Shown piece by piece: positions 11,854 to 26,521 of a DNA stretch of 64,000 nucleotides. Source of the stretch: Octopus bimaculoides (Eukaryota); contig NC_068988.1 in assembly GCF_001194135.2 (NCBI RefSeq), positions 30,125,001 through 30,189,000 on the forward strand. Direction: 5' to 3'. The notes under the pieces are model-generated. The model was not told the DNA's origin, did no database searches, and was given only the letters and a program-made list of their open reading frames with translations. Position numbers and translations under genes: made by a program. Positions within the stretch are counted from its first letter, which is position 1; each line of letters opens with the position of its first letter.

Positions 11854-13090
11854 AAGCTAGAATGTAACATATCACAGAACTTCTTCCATTTCTATCCATT
11901 CATGTGTGAGGCGCTTCGTTGAAGACAAGTTTGGTACTAAGTATTCTGGTGGTGTATGTGATTAAATGTCTTGTAGTAGTTTCTTCCATCACAGTTCTTT
12001 CATGACACTGATATCATGTTTCCACCCTGTTTTGCTTGACCCCTCACCACCCTCATTTGCTTGACCCCTCAACACCCTCATTTCTTCCACTTACCCCGTT
12101 TTTTTTTTGTTTAGATTCCTGGGTTATTTACTAACATCTTAAATACTTTCATTCCAAACCAAGAACCTATGTCACAGCACTGTTGCTTGATTTATGACAA
12201 AATACCGCCAACCAAATTCCATGGGAACTCTACTGCCTCTTTGTCTCAAAAACCTCTACAGACAAGGGCGTATCTGTATAATTTAATTCTTGCAAAAAGA
12301 CTGGACGGTCATTATTGGAATGTCTTTGGTTATAGATCTGCTGTACTATGATTGGTGGTGGAAGTATACATTGTTGTATAACTTGATAGNNNNNNNNNNN
12401 NNNNNNNNNNNNNNNNNNNNNNNNNNNNNNNNNNNNNNNNNNNNNNNNNNNNNNNNNNNNNNNNNNNNNNNNNNNNNNNNNNNNNNNNNNNNNNNNNNNN
12501 NNNNNNNNNNNNNNNNNNNNNNNNNNNNNNNNNNNNNNNNNNNNNNNNNNNNNNNNNNNNNNNNNNNNNNNNNNNNNNNNNNNNNNNNNNNNNNNNNNNN
12601 NNNNNNNNNNNNNNNNNNNNNNNNNNNNNNNNNNNNNNNNNNNNNNNNNNNNNNNNNNNNNNNNNNNNNNNNNNNNNNNNNNNNNNNNNNNNNNNNNNNN
12701 NNNNNNNNNNNNNNNNNNNNNNNNNNNNNNNNNNNNNNNNNNNNNNNNNNNNNNNNNNNNNNNNNNNNNNNNNNNNNNNNNNNNNNNNNNNNNNNNNNNN
12801 NNNNNNNNNNNNNNNNNNNNNNNNNNNNNNNNNNNNNNNNNNNNNNNNNNNNNNNNNNNNNNNNNNNNNNNNNNNNNNNNNNNNNNNNNNNNNNNNNNNN
12901 NNNNNNNNNNNNNNNNNNNNNNNNNNNNNNNNNNNNNNNNNNNNNNNNNNNNNNNNNNNNNNNNNNNNNNNNNNNNNNNNNNNNNNNNNNNNNNNNNNNN
13001 NNNNNNNNNNNNNNNNNNNNNNCATCCCCCAAAAAATGTTAAAATGAAAATGTAGATGATGTTGATAACACATACACGCATTCACATGTG

Positions 13091-13135
<45 letters not shown>

Positions 13136-15597
13136 ATTAATAGTGGTGATGGTGGCTGGCATTTGTTTAATCTTCCTCTTTTTTCCACTGTCTTTATAAA
13201 CTGTCCCAGATTTCCAGGCTTGTTAAGGGCATGTGGGGGAGAATGCATATAATATATATATATATATGTATATATATGCATGTGTAATACCTAGAGGCAA
13301 TTTGGGTTGAAATTACATAACTTCATCATCTGCGTGTATGTGTATACAATCTGTGTGTGTGTATATATATACATATATATGTGTATATATATATAAACAC
13401 ACACATATTAGCATGTATATATTTACTGTGTATTGGTATGTATATACACACACACAAACACACAGAATACACATAGAGGATGTTAACTTTCAAACCAAAT
13501 TGCTCATAGGTAATACATATGCTACATAGTTCATGGTCTTTGCTGTTGTTGTTGTTTTTGTTGTTGGTGGCGGCGGTGGTGGTGGTGGTGAGATAGCAGT
13601 TATTGCTGTTGATGTAATGCTTCATTACCTACATGGCTCACAATTTCCTTAAAAAAAAAAAAAAAAAGAAAATCCACCCTGCCTTCCCTTTCTTACACCC
13701 CCATCTCCCCCACCCCACCTTTCACTGCCTTCTTCTACCCCTGCACCCTTTCTCTCGGAGCTCCCTCTCTCATCTCTGACTCTTCCCCCCTTCGTCTCTC
13801 TCTCTCTCTCTCTTTTTCCATTTGTTTTTTTGAGTTTTAAGATAGGAGAAAGTTGTATTGCCTGTCTGTCTGTGAGTCAGTTTAGATGTGTGTGTGTGTG
13901 TCTAGTTGGGTGTGTTTGTGTCCCCTTTATTTCTTTTCCCCTCTCTTCCTGCTCCCCAACTTAACATTCCTAACATGTTGGTATTTGATATAGAAAGGGA
14001 GTAGGGCTGAAGTTAATTTACACTTTCTCCCTCCCTCCCTCTCTCTCTGTCTACATATACACACATGTATGTTCGTGTGTATACATATATATATCTACAA
14101 ATGTGTATATTTGTTGAGTACACAGTGGCCCTTAAACATGTAACACACCATTTTAAATATCTCTTATATTGAAACACCTGATGGACTTGTAGGAAGTATG
14201 CTTGCAGACATGCATACCACTACTGCCATCATCCTCATCACCATCGCATACAGCTCTCCACTTCCTTTCTCCATCACTACTTTTACATGTCTGTCTGTGT
14301 GTCTGTGTGTGTGCATGGGTTTGGTTGTTTGGTTTAGAAGCTCACTTCATAACTGCATGAGTTCCAGGTTTGAACCCACTTCATGGCTCTTCGAAGAAGT
14401 GCTCCTTGTGAGGCATCAAGTTGACCAGTACCGTGCAAGTGGAATTAGGTCAATGGAAACTACGTGGAAGCTCACATAACTACAGATCAAAAGATTGTCA
14501 TATCAAGACAAGTATTACAAAGTAACCTCTGTATAATTAAACAGTTTGTATCACTGTGTGTGTGTGTGTGTTCATGCCATTTTTGTTGTTTATGTTGGTT
14601 GTCTCTTTATGCCCTGTAACTTTGTGATTCAGCAAATAGAGATTGACAAAATATCAAGCTGAAAGAAGGACTGAGAGCTACATGGCTAACTCCTCACTTC
14701 CCTTACCAATCTCATCATGTGAACCTCTCATGGTCTCTTGACATGCTACAATTGGTAGTCAGATTCCCTTCATGTCATCTCCTATCACCTTAAAATAATC
14801 ATAATATAGTCTTAGGTTGGATGGTCATGGTTGCAAAAGTTTTCCTCATAACTCTCAGAAGCTTGGGCAACTAAATAAATTATCAATGGGTCTGGAAATC
14901 TAAGCTTCCATTAAATTGAGATATAGAGATATACTCATATACTGGAGAATTAGCAAGTTTTGGGGTTGGCCCTTCGTATCACTGCCATAGGCTTTTGAAT
15001 GTCCTTCCCACACAATTTCCATCAACCCAATTTTATATCGAAGTTCTTGAGTCAGTTTGAGTCTGTTGTAGAATGGTAGAAAACATCTAGCCACATTTCT
15101 ACAATGTAGCAAAACGAACTTCTTAATGACTGCACCTATCTCCCTCCCCCTCTCTCTCTTTCATGCACACACACACACACATATGCAGACACAAAGGCAA
15201 ATTTTTGCCAAAGAATTAATTGGACGATAATTAACAAATAATCAATTCTACCAGTAAAAAATAGTGTTCCAAGTTCTGTTTTCAACTATGATTCTATCTG
15301 TTGTTGCTGTTGTTTGATTTCTAATTAACATAATTAACATAATGATTGCAAAATGCTCCTTCTCCTTATATGGTATTAGTGTTTTGTTGCCTTTACATTA
15401 TTATTTTCATTGAAAAGCAGTGGATTGGCAGAGTTTGTTAGAACGTTAGACAAAATTCTCTTTACATTCTGAGTTCAAATTCCACTGAGGTCATTTTTGC
15501 CTTTGAATAGTTCACTATTTCATCTATAACACTAAATGCTTTTCAGAGAGGGCGCTCAGTGACCTCAGGGCACTGATATAAAATAATTCCAAACAGA

Positions 15598-15753
15598 GGC
15601 ACAGGGGTGATTGTGTGGTAAGAAGCTTGCTTCCTAACCATATGGTTCCGGGTTCAGTCCATTGCGTGGCACCTTGGGCAAGTGTCTTCTACTATAGTCT
15701 TGAGCCAACCAAAGCCTTGTGAGTGGATATAGTAGATGGAAATGGAGAGAAGC

Positions 15754-15801
<48 letters not shown>

Positions 15802-16030
15802 GACACACACAAACACACACACGTATGTATTTGTGTCTTTCCCCCGCCCATCACTTGACAACCGATGTTGGTATGTTTTCCTCCCAGTAACTTAATGGTT
15901 CAGCAGAAGAGACCGATTGAATAAGTACTAGGCTTACAACAAAGAATAAGTTCTGGGGGGCGATTTGCTTGACTTAAAGGCGGTGCTCCAGCATGGCCAC
16001 AGTCAAATGACTGAAACGAGTGAAAGAATA
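15598..16030 (+). mobile_element. SINE family 1, full length
   Basis: Collinear with 18-412. Confidence 0.8.
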
Positions 16031-17043
16031 AACGAAAAAATATGATGCTAGAAGTTCAGTAGGAGGGGATATTTTGTTAAGATTGNNNNNNNNNNNNNNN
16101 NNNNNNNNNNNNNNNNNNNNNNNNNNNNNNNNNNNNNNNNNNNNNNNNNNNNNNNNNNNNNNNNNNNNNNNNNNNNNNNNNNNNNNNNNNNNNNNNNNNN
16201 NNNNNNNNNNNNNNNNNNNNNNNNNNNNNNNNNNNNNNNNNNNNNNNNNNNNNNNNNNNNNNNNNNNNNNNNNNNNNNNNNNNNNNNNNNNNNNNNNNNN
16301 NNNNNNNNNNNNNNNNNNNNNNNNNNNNNNNNNNNNNNNNNNNNNNNNNNNNNNNNNNNNNNNNNNNNNNAAAAAAAAAAAAAAAAAAAAAATCAAGGTA
16401 GTTTTATTCGTTATTCTTTTTAACGGTTCTCGTTATATCATAATCAGCAGCAGTGGCATTGTTCTAATGAGAACTTCTCCAAGTTTGCATGGTCATACTT
16501 TTCTGTGACCCTCACCTGAATCCAGACAAGATTATATTTCCCCTGTGTCCATTGTAGAACAAACTGCCTCAACATGCTTTCATGAAGGATTGCAGACAAA
16601 TGGCACTGGGGAAGACTACCTTCCCACATAATTCCTGCCTACCAGGCTTCTCTCACAAGGTATTGCTCAACAGACAATTCCAGCAGGGGATATCAGCCAC
16701 AAGCTTACAGACAGTAGCACTGAATCTTCAACCATATAGTTCTAGTTTGGAATTTTTCACTACACAGCCATGCTTATGCCAGTTATATATAATACCCATA
16801 TAAGTTTGGCTAATTTCTTTGAAATTATTGTATTGCTCCTTATTAAGTATTTAGATTTTATATTTGTGTGCACTTGTGTCTTTACACATGTTTTTATTTC
16901 CGTTTAATGTCCCTATTAGATGTTTTTTTTTATTACATGATTGTGTATCAGTGTATGATTTATTACAGTGGGTGTATATAAAGATTAAGCAATTCTAGAT
17001 ATATATTCTCAAACTGTTAATAAAAAAATTGTCTATATATATA

Positions 17044-17160
17044 TCATCATCATCATCGTTTAATGTCCGCTTTCCATGCTAGCATGGGTTGGACGATTTG
17101 ACTGAGGACTGGTGAACCAGATGACTACACCAGGCTCCAATCTGATTTGGCAGGAACCTG
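17044..17160 (-). mobile_element. RTE LINE 3' UTR end
   Basis: (CAT)n followed by cgtttaatgtccgctttccatgctagcatggg. Confidence 0.75.
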
Positions 17161-19612
17161 GTGTATATATATATATATATGTATATACAGGCACATATAC
17201 TTAGAGCTTATTCAATAATTTACATGATTTAGCTGGTTCAAACTACCCTCTCTGCATGCAATGAGAAAATAAATTGTACAAAATAGAATAGGGGAAGTCG
17301 GTGGGCAGAGAAAAAATTAATGTGTAATATTTCATTTATATGTTCCAAGTTCAAATCAGTCAGAGGATGATGCAGGTTAATTTTTACCTATCATTTATCC
17401 AGTCAAGAAGTGGAGTGATAGACAAACGGTCTACCTAATAGCTATATGACCCAACAACCCAAAATTTACCCTCTGGTTTTCTAAATTAGAAATGATTGTT
17501 CCCCTCAAATTGAACCCTCTGCCATCCCCACACCATTCACATATATACTCTCCCTCCACTAGTTCTTTTTTTTTTCTGTTTCTTTTGTCATCTGTTATAT
17601 TAATCAATGTTTCCGAACTCTGAATTTTACTCCACACAAACATGCCAATGTTTTTTTTTGTTTTTTTTTTGTTTCCGTTTTGTTTTGTTATTTAATTGTT
17701 GTTAGAGAATTCGTACTTGCATTTCATTCCCAACTCTGTTAGATGTTTACTGTTGGTGTTGTTTTTAATATTTTTTTCTTATTTAATGTTTTTTTTTTCT
17801 CAAAAATATCCCTGATATTTTTTTCTTCTCTTTTGCCATTTTACACTGAGTCACCACCATTTCTCGCACTCTCACTTTCTCTTCCAATTCACACTCATAT
17901 GTTTTCATTTCTATTTCCAATTATTAATTCCTCACGTAACAATTTTATTTGTTTATATATATATGTATGTATATGTGTGTGTCTTACGTATATGTATGAA
18001 AAGGTATCGAAATGTATACAAATCTATAAATGCATGATGTTTTCTCTTTTTAATGTTACCATTTTTGTTATTCTCATATAAAGTCCGTTGTTTGGGGTTT
18101 TTACATACATCACACTTGTAGTTATTGAGTAGAGCTTCGAATGAAAATATGTGTGGAGGAGAGGGGTATATATATATGTATTTTTTTTTTCTTTTTGGTT
18201 TCAAGGAATTGAAAAATGCCATACCTAAATATCTTGTACACCCCATCAAATGCTCAATTGGATAATTACCATGACAACTACTACACTTCTTTGTTAGTGT
18301 CAGAGGAAAGTTGGGAGGGCAACATTGAGTTTTGTTACAATACATAAGCCTTTTTCTGTAAAATTGGTAGTTCTTGTCAACACAACATAGACATCCATAC
18401 TGTCATGCATAAGCACATATAATAAAACTTTGCATTCGTACAAAGTCTCTTTAACACACATACACACACACGCACGCATGCACATGGTCATACACAATCA
18501 AACACATACATGCATACAAATAGATCTTGCCTGAAGATGGGGATGAGAAACTCCAAGTCACTCACGCAGACTCAGCTTTGAATAATGTTATTCCACTTCA
18601 TCTAAACAGTATTGAGTACTTTTATCGCTTCATTGCAATTCACGCCATGTGAAACCACCATGCAATATTTGTGTGTGTGTGTATATATATCAGCATGTGT
18701 GTGTGTGTATGTGTAAATGTATGTACATAGAGAAATGTGTATAGCAGATGTAGTGTACCTATGGCTTTAGCTTTATAATGTATGTCAATGTTTTGTTTTG
18801 TTTTATTACAATTAGCTAATTTATTTAGTATAAATATTATCATCACCATTTTTGTTTGTATGTTTGTTGTTTACCTTTTTTTCCATACTACTTGTTATGT
18901 ACTCAATGCTATCTAACCATGTGCACTTGATTTTTTAAAAAATTTTTCCTGCCCTTCTGGCGCATTTTGGCCTGTTTATTTTTAAAAATTTGTTTGTTAC
19001 ACAACCATGCCTCCTTTAACTTCTGCCTCAGCTCTTTTTTTCTCCCTTTTTTTTTCTAACATCTTTCTTTCTTTCTCTCTCTCTCTCCCTCACTCTCTCC
19101 TTTTCCTTTTCTTCTCTCCTTTTACATTCGCACACATACTATTTCTTAAAATGCTCTGCCTTGTTCTCCACCCGAGAGTGGATGCAGGTTTACCATATAT
19201 TTATATTTATATATATATATATATACATAAAATAATCAGAAGTCACACACTCACTTTAGGGGCGAGAGTTTCATACATTGGCACTTGACAAACATTTAAT
19301 AATTGGCAATGCACAAAACTCTCGACCCTTGAATTACTCTGTAATGTCTGCCAATTATTAATAAGAAAATATATTCATGATTTGAGTTCGACTCTTCCTG
19401 TTCGCATCACCAAACTCCATAAACTATTCAGCACATACAATAACAGCCATACCAACAATCCAACATATCTCCTTCATCAGCTACCCCACAAATATCACTA
19501 TGGTTTCGACACCTATATATATATATGTACGCATACACACATCTTTCTACTTATTATTTCACTTTGCCTTGCTCTTTCTCACACACACATACACATGTAT
19601 GCACATTCTCTC

Positions 19613-19646
<34 letters not shown>

Positions 19647-20072
19647 TGGCCAATTCCTGCTTTCCTCTTTCTCCACTTATTTGTTTCTTCCACATATCCC
19701 TCGTCCAACCACCCCCTCTTCTCTGCTCTCCTAGCACCAACACCTTGTACTAATTGGTTTGCATGTCTCTTCTTTTTATTTTGATGTATGAGGCCAGCGG
19801 TAAGGCAGTGGCGTACCCCACCGTAATCCCCGGACAATTCCCTGTTTTGGTTAGTGTTAAACCACATTCTTTTACTTACTTTCAATCTCTGCTAAGACAA
19901 TAAAGACCAACAACAAACAGCTACTACTATATTACTACTATTTCAACAATGGAGAACAACAATAACAACAACAACAAGTAATGTGAACGAGAACACATTA
20001 AAGTAACAAAACTGAAGTTTATATTCATTTTAGAAACATAATACATATTCTGACATACACAAAAACACATAC

Positions 20073-20113
<41 letters not shown>

Positions 20114-21864
20114 GAAACGTGTATGTATGTATCTATGTCTATATATGTCAGAAACATATTTTAAACTAACCTAAAGTTCGCTTTTATACATATATATATA
20201 TATTTATTATATATACGAAAGGTCCAGTTACACAATAGGAATGATATCAAGAATTAAAGGGGTTGAAGGAAAGCTGCTTTTCTTTAGCCCTTTTGAATCT
20301 TGGTATCATTTCAATTCTGTGTAGGTTAGACCTTTTTGTATATATATTATGCACGCATATTCAGGCATATGTTTATATGCATCTGCATGCCTTTATGTGT
20401 ATACACATGTGCAAAAATTCGCATGTTTGCGTATTTGTGTGCACGTGTATGTATTTATATATATGTATATGAGCATAGACAACACGTGCACACCTAGAGA
20501 CACCCTCACTCATACACACATGCACCTACTCGCAACACACACACACACACACACACATACACACACACAATATCAAGCAAGCATAGTGCACAATTAGTAT
20601 ATGTATGTGTATGTCACATGCATGATATGTATATTTCTAAATAGATTCACAAATTCACAATATATATTAACACAATGTTTGTGTGTATGTATGTATGTGT
20701 GTGTACATGTATGTATGGATATATATATATATATATATATAAAACCATGCACACACACACACACACACAAACTTACACACGTGTGTACATTATTAATATT
20801 CTAATCCTCAAATGTTGCTTTGCTATGTCTGTATTTTTTGTTTGTTTTTTTTTTTTATGCTAAGCCTTGTTATTTTTTCTGGTTTTTAATTGTCTTTTTT
20901 TTTTTTTTTTTTTTACTTGTGCATGCATGCTATATTCACTACATCAAACAAGGATTTCTCTCAAGCTTCTGGTGGAAGGCTGATGACTTGCTCAACAATT
21001 GTTTTGTGTGTTTTCTTTTTGTTCCTTGTCTGTCTGGCAAATTCGTGTAATCTGCCTGTCTGTTTTACTAGTTATGTATCTACCAATTGTTCAATCTACC
21101 TACTGTTTGATCTCCCTCTCTGTCTATCTTCTAATCTCTCCATCTCTCTATATATCTACCTCTCTATACAAATATATCTACTGATCTATCTATTTACTTA
21201 TGTCTGTCTGTGTCTATCTATCTACCTCTTTATGTATGTATGTATGTATCTATTTATCTACCTAGCTATCAAATCCATCTAATGTCTATGTTTGTCAGTC
21301 TCCTGTATATCTTTTCATTGTAAAACAAGAGCTCTACCACCTGCTTCATCCCTACAACTACCTGCTCAATTTACTTGCGAAATCTCCCTTACTAAACTAA
21401 CTCCCTGCTATATTTGAAAATAGTGGGTGGGCCAAGGGTGTTTTGATTTAAGCCCTAAATATTTGGAAGCAATATTCATGCTTCAGTAATGAACTGGTCA
21501 TCGATCAACCCTAGCATGTTGCAGGTCATTGCTTTGGACATCTTATTTCTGGCTATTTTATGTGATTTTCGTATTGTATTTTGCCGTCGTTTAGATTTTA
21601 TTATACTTTAGTCTGAATTGGTAGCACCATGTCTGTATCTCAGACAGGTAAACTGTATCTCTGTTTAGGTTTGGCTCAAACTTCCATTTTATGATATTAT
21701 ATATCTGAGAGGTAAAAATACAAGCTTGGAAAGAGTTTCAAGAACGTTGCAATTCTGTGAATTGGAAGCTTAAAGATCCTCTGAATAGTCAGAGATTTAG
21801 AGATATTTTACTTGAAGCATATGATAAAATGAGGGAGATATAGCAACATATAATATAAGAGGTT

Positions 21865-22930
21865 AACTAGAAGTTTTCTGCAGCACAATTTGATAAAGGA
21901 CACTGACCAAATTTGTGGCTGGTACAAAGTCCTTTCCTGACCTGGTGGTGTAACAGTGTAATAGACAGGGCCATTAGAGCAAAGAAAGAGGACTGGAAGA
22001 GTGGTGGTAGCAGGAAACTATATTGCATAGCCAGAAGGGAAGCCAAGAAATGGGTGTATTTAACCAAGGGAGAAACAAAAAAAAAAAAACAGAAGTTTCC
22101 CAATGTTCTGCAGCATGAGGGCCAGAGGTTTGAGGCGTTTTGGATTGCAAGATTATGTGAGAGAAAAGCGTGATGTTGTAGGAGAGAATGGTTTAGTTGC
22201 AGTTAGTGATTCTGCAAAGAAAGGGGCTTAGAAATGCCATTGTGTAAGACTGTTAAATGTATGGAAGGAGGAGAGTTTGCCTAATTATGGACCCAACAAG
22301 GGACTAGCTGTCTGAATCAACAGTAGCCTCACAGAGATGACATGGGGCAGAGATTTCCAGCAGCTTGCTGTATTTGAGAAGACTCATTGCGCTAAGTAAA
22401 ATTTTGGCCATCCATACATACAGGCATGTATGTCCTTTACAACCATGCCCTCCACTTCTTCTCTCAACTAAGTTCTTGTCTTGTGGGCTCATGGGTGCTG
22501 GTGCCATGTAAAAGTACCCGTGGAAGTGCCACATGAATACACCCATGCTGGAGCCACTTTAACACACGTATAACTTCTAACACAAATGGAATCATTTTTA
22601 CTAATTTATGAAGCATGCCAGTACCGCCTGACTGGCCTTCGTAGAGATCGTTGCCAGCGCCCCTGGATTGGCTCTTGTGCGGGTGGCACATAAAATACAC
22701 CATTTTGAGCGTGGCCGTTGCCAGTACCGCCTGACTGGCCTTCGTGCGGGTAACACGTAAAAGCACCCACTACACTCTCTGAGTGGTTGGCGTTAGGAAG
22801 GGCATCCAGCTGTAGAAACTCTGCCAAATCAGATTGGGGCCTGGTGTAGCCATCTGGTTTCACCAGTCCTCAGTCAAATTGTCCGACCCATGCTAGCATG
22901 GAAAGCGGACGTTAAACGACGATGATGAAT
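21865..22930 (+). mobile_element. Decayed RTE LINE fragments plus 3' UTR of the same family
   Basis: YCIARREAKKWV...KF.NV...EAFWIAR.C is RTE-like. 22610-22930 carries the 3' UTR ending gcggacgttaaacgacgatgatg. Confidence 0.7.
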
Positions 22931-23319
22931 GTAAAAATTTTACCAATTCTCTTTCTCTTTCACAACTTTTATTCTCTCTCTTCTTTACGTATCCTCTTTC
23001 TCTCTCTCTCTCTCTTATTTCCATATTCTCTTAATATTCCAGTATTGGGGGAAAAAAAGAAGTACAGACATAGGATATATGGAAGATAGTCTAAAACAAG
23101 ATCCACTGAGGAAGTACCCAGGGTGGGGATGTGGATGGGATAGCGGGAACATAGAGAGAGAAAAAACAAAATACTGTGCCAGTTCCCTTTTTTTTTTTTT
23201 TTTTTTTTTTTTTCACCCTCCTTGCCCCCACCTTATTGTAACCTCTTGGACAAAAGGGTTTCTTGGACGGGGAAGGTTTGGATATGTAGGTGGGTGGAAT
23301 ACTGGATGTTTGTAACTGT

Positions 23320-24960
23320 TGCTATCCTCGTTGCTGCCCATGCTATTACCACTACTATTACTACCACTATTAGTAATGCTACTACTACTGTCATGGCTAT
23401 CAACACTACTCACTTCTTTGAATGGCTCCTCCTCCTCCTCCTTTTTCTAACCACTTCTACTACAATTCTCCTCCCACAGTTCCACCACCACTACCACCAC
23501 CACCACTACCACCACCACCACTACCACCACTACCAATTTCTCCTCTTCAGTCATCATTATTGTCATTGTCATCACACATCAGCACCACCACCACCATCAT
23601 CATCATCATCGTCACCAGTGAAAGAAAGAAAGAAAAAAACATGCTTGTGGCTGACATATTTATATGGTCGTAGGGTATTATGAATCAAAGCTGACCCAGG
23701 GTTAAACGACGTCTATTATACTACTTTCTGCCCAGTCTTTTTCCATTTTTTTTTTTTGCCCTTCCATCCATGGCAATGGCTATTAATATATATTATGCCT
23801 TTTACACCTCCCCCACTCTCATTCGTTGTGGTAACAGACATGCATTGGCCTGCTCCACTCCCTTTTTTTAATCTGGACTCAACTAGACTACTACCACCAA
23901 CCCATACTCACTCTTTCCTCCTGGGCCATACTCGCCCGCTTGTCCTATCTAGGCCTAAGCCATTGTGGGACCCTCTAACCAGTTGCTGGTCTTGCTAATA
24001 ACAGCTGATTTTTCCCCACCTCCTCACATCATACACTACAATGGCCACTTCACAACCAGTAGCAGTTCATCGCCGCATTATCCGGGCCATTGCTCCACCA
24101 TGGCCACAGTCACTACATCACGATACCATGGTATAACTCCTCCACCACTCCATACTGTACACTGCACCATCACCTTTACTCTCCCATGATTCCTACACCA
24201 CCTCCGTCACTACAACCCATCCCTTTTTTTTTATGCTACTACCACAACTGCCTCGACTACACCGTTACTACAGCCATGTACCGCACCACCATAACAATAC
24301 CGTGCGCCATACACCCCCCCACCACCATTACAATGCTACACCACACACCATACTTTATATCATACCACCATCACTACATCATTGCATCCACCACTACAAC
24401 GCTATATCCAACACTGCACCACCACCACCACCACCACCACAGCAATATATTACATGAGATGAGTCAAATTACATAATCTGTCCACCTAACATTGACAATA
24501 ATGACTATTCAGGAAATTGGTTTTTGCTGCTCTGGTGGCTGCCAGTGGTGGTGGTGGTGGCCGTGGTGGTGGTAGTAGCTGTAGTTGTTTGCAGTGGTGG
24601 TGGTGGTGGTGGTGATGGCAATGGCAGCTGTAGTTGTTTTGGTGGTGGTTTCCATAGTGATGATGACCGTGGTGGTTCTAGCGATGGTAGAGGTGGTGAT
24701 ATTTCTAGTAGGTGATTGTGGCAGTAGCTGTGATTGTTTAGGCCATGTGGTGGTGCTGGTGGGGTATCTATAGTAATTGCTTGCTTGTTTATCCGGGTAT
24801 GTGGTTGATATTTTTGCAGTGATTATAGCCAGGGTGGCCATTGTTTTTATTGTTGTGGTGGTGGTGGTTATATTGACAGCAACAGCTCGAGGGGTTGTTT
24901 TTGTTGTTACAGTAGTTTTTGTTGTAATTGTGGTTGCTTTCGCTATGGTGGTAGTCGGCT
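23320..24960. repeat. Degenerate trinucleotide low-complexity block (ACC/ACT-rich, then GGT-rich)
   Basis: Read directly; source of the poly-Pro/His/Val ORFs. Confidence 0.85.
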
Positions 24961-25589
24961 ACAGTAGCTGTTGATGGTCATGGTTAGAATGGCTTTGATC
25001 AGAGGACTGCTTGATGGGGTTGATCCATGGCTAAAAGACAACTATGACCACCTCTCAGCAACAATAACTTTGGACTATTTAGATCTAGATATATGTAAAA
25101 AGATGGATGTCTGGAATGCCTTTAATCATAAATCTCTTTGATTAATCATGACCTAGGGGCTAAACAAGAACATCAATCATCCAAAGTGCATGTGTATACA
25201 CATACACATGCGTGCGCGCGCGCGTGCTGCCTCATTTTCACAACTGACCTAACTAAATTTTCATTAATCTGAAATTGAGTGATGGGGCAGCATCCTACCC
25301 CTAGGGTTTATTTCAAATACTGATGTTGATTAAGTCATTAGGTGAGGAATTGACTACATTGTTAGAGTATAGGGCAGGTTGTCTGCAATATTTAGTTCCA
25401 GGATTTTACATTGTGACTTGAAATACTGTCAGGATTCACTTCGTTTTCCATTCTTCCATTGTGATGAACCGAATCAACTGCAGTTGATTTAGTATTTGTC
25501 TAATAAACATCCTTGATGTCAATAGAATTCTAACAGACAGCTAAAAACTATACGTATAGCATGTCCTTCAAAAAACATGAGCTCTTAGG

Positions 25590-25800
25590 TCAAGCCTTAG
25601 ATATGTTGTTTGGAGGGATGAAGAGCATGTTCTGAGGACGGTGATTGCGTTTGAGGTAAATGGAGCATGAAAGCAAGGTAGACTGAGGAAAGGGTGGAGG
25701 GGGCAGGTGGAGGAGGAGGAGATTAGGAGGGTTGGTTTGAAAAAAGAGGGTGCCCAAAACCTGGCGAGATGGTGTGAGGGTAATTGCTATGTTAACGGGC
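25590..25800 (+). mobile_element. Decayed RTE ORF C-terminal fragment
   Basis: Reads EHVLRTVIAFEVNG..KQGRLRKGW...VEEE.IR.VGL...RW, resembling the RTE HVL..A..FEV.G.RK.GRP..W motif. Confidence 0.55.
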
Positions 25801-25934
25801 AAAACCCTGATTTAAAACACGAGATGATGAGGATGATAATTTGTTGGTAATATAATTGTTGTAATATCTCATAACATCTCTTCCTTGTTGAGAGCTATCA
25901 TAGCATTGGCTCTTATCTCCTTTTTATATTTGCC

Positions 25935-25981
<47 letters not shown>

Positions 25982-26119
25982 ATTTATGGAGATTTGAGGC
26001 TTACATTATAATATTTCATGGTTATCATTGATTGTGTTCTCGTGTGCTTGCATGTATGCAATGTGTTTTGCTACCATTCGGTTTTGATTAGTTTATGATG
26101 CATGTTAATGGCTGGTGAT

Positions 26120-26175
<56 letters not shown>

Positions 26176-26178
26176 TTC

Positions 26179-26216
<38 letters not shown>

Positions 26217-26480
26217 ATGTGTATGCTAGTGTATGCTCTGCTGCCATACTGAACAAACTAGTCTGGTATAAGTATTACTCAAGAATAAACATACAAAGGC
26301 TATTTCTACACATAATACAACTATGATCTCACTTATTGTCTCTGAGACTATATCATTAGATTTGAACATGACTTTAAGACTATATTATATCATGTCACTG
26401 CAAAAATAGAATTATTGTAAAGAAAGTTTACCATCTTTGTTCTAAATGTACTTGAAGAGCATCCAGAATAAACAGATAAA

Positions 26481-26521
<41 letters not shown>

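Noticed and set aside
18527-18565. CTGAAGA followed by the hairpin TGGGG/CTCCA
   Set aside because: No GAAA follows the stem, so at most a decayed remnant.
23079-24974. Long His/Pro/Val-rich ORFs and the ACC-rich versus GGT-rich quasi-inversion
   Set aside because: Degenerate trinucleotide repeats explain both; there are no splice signals or domain motifs.
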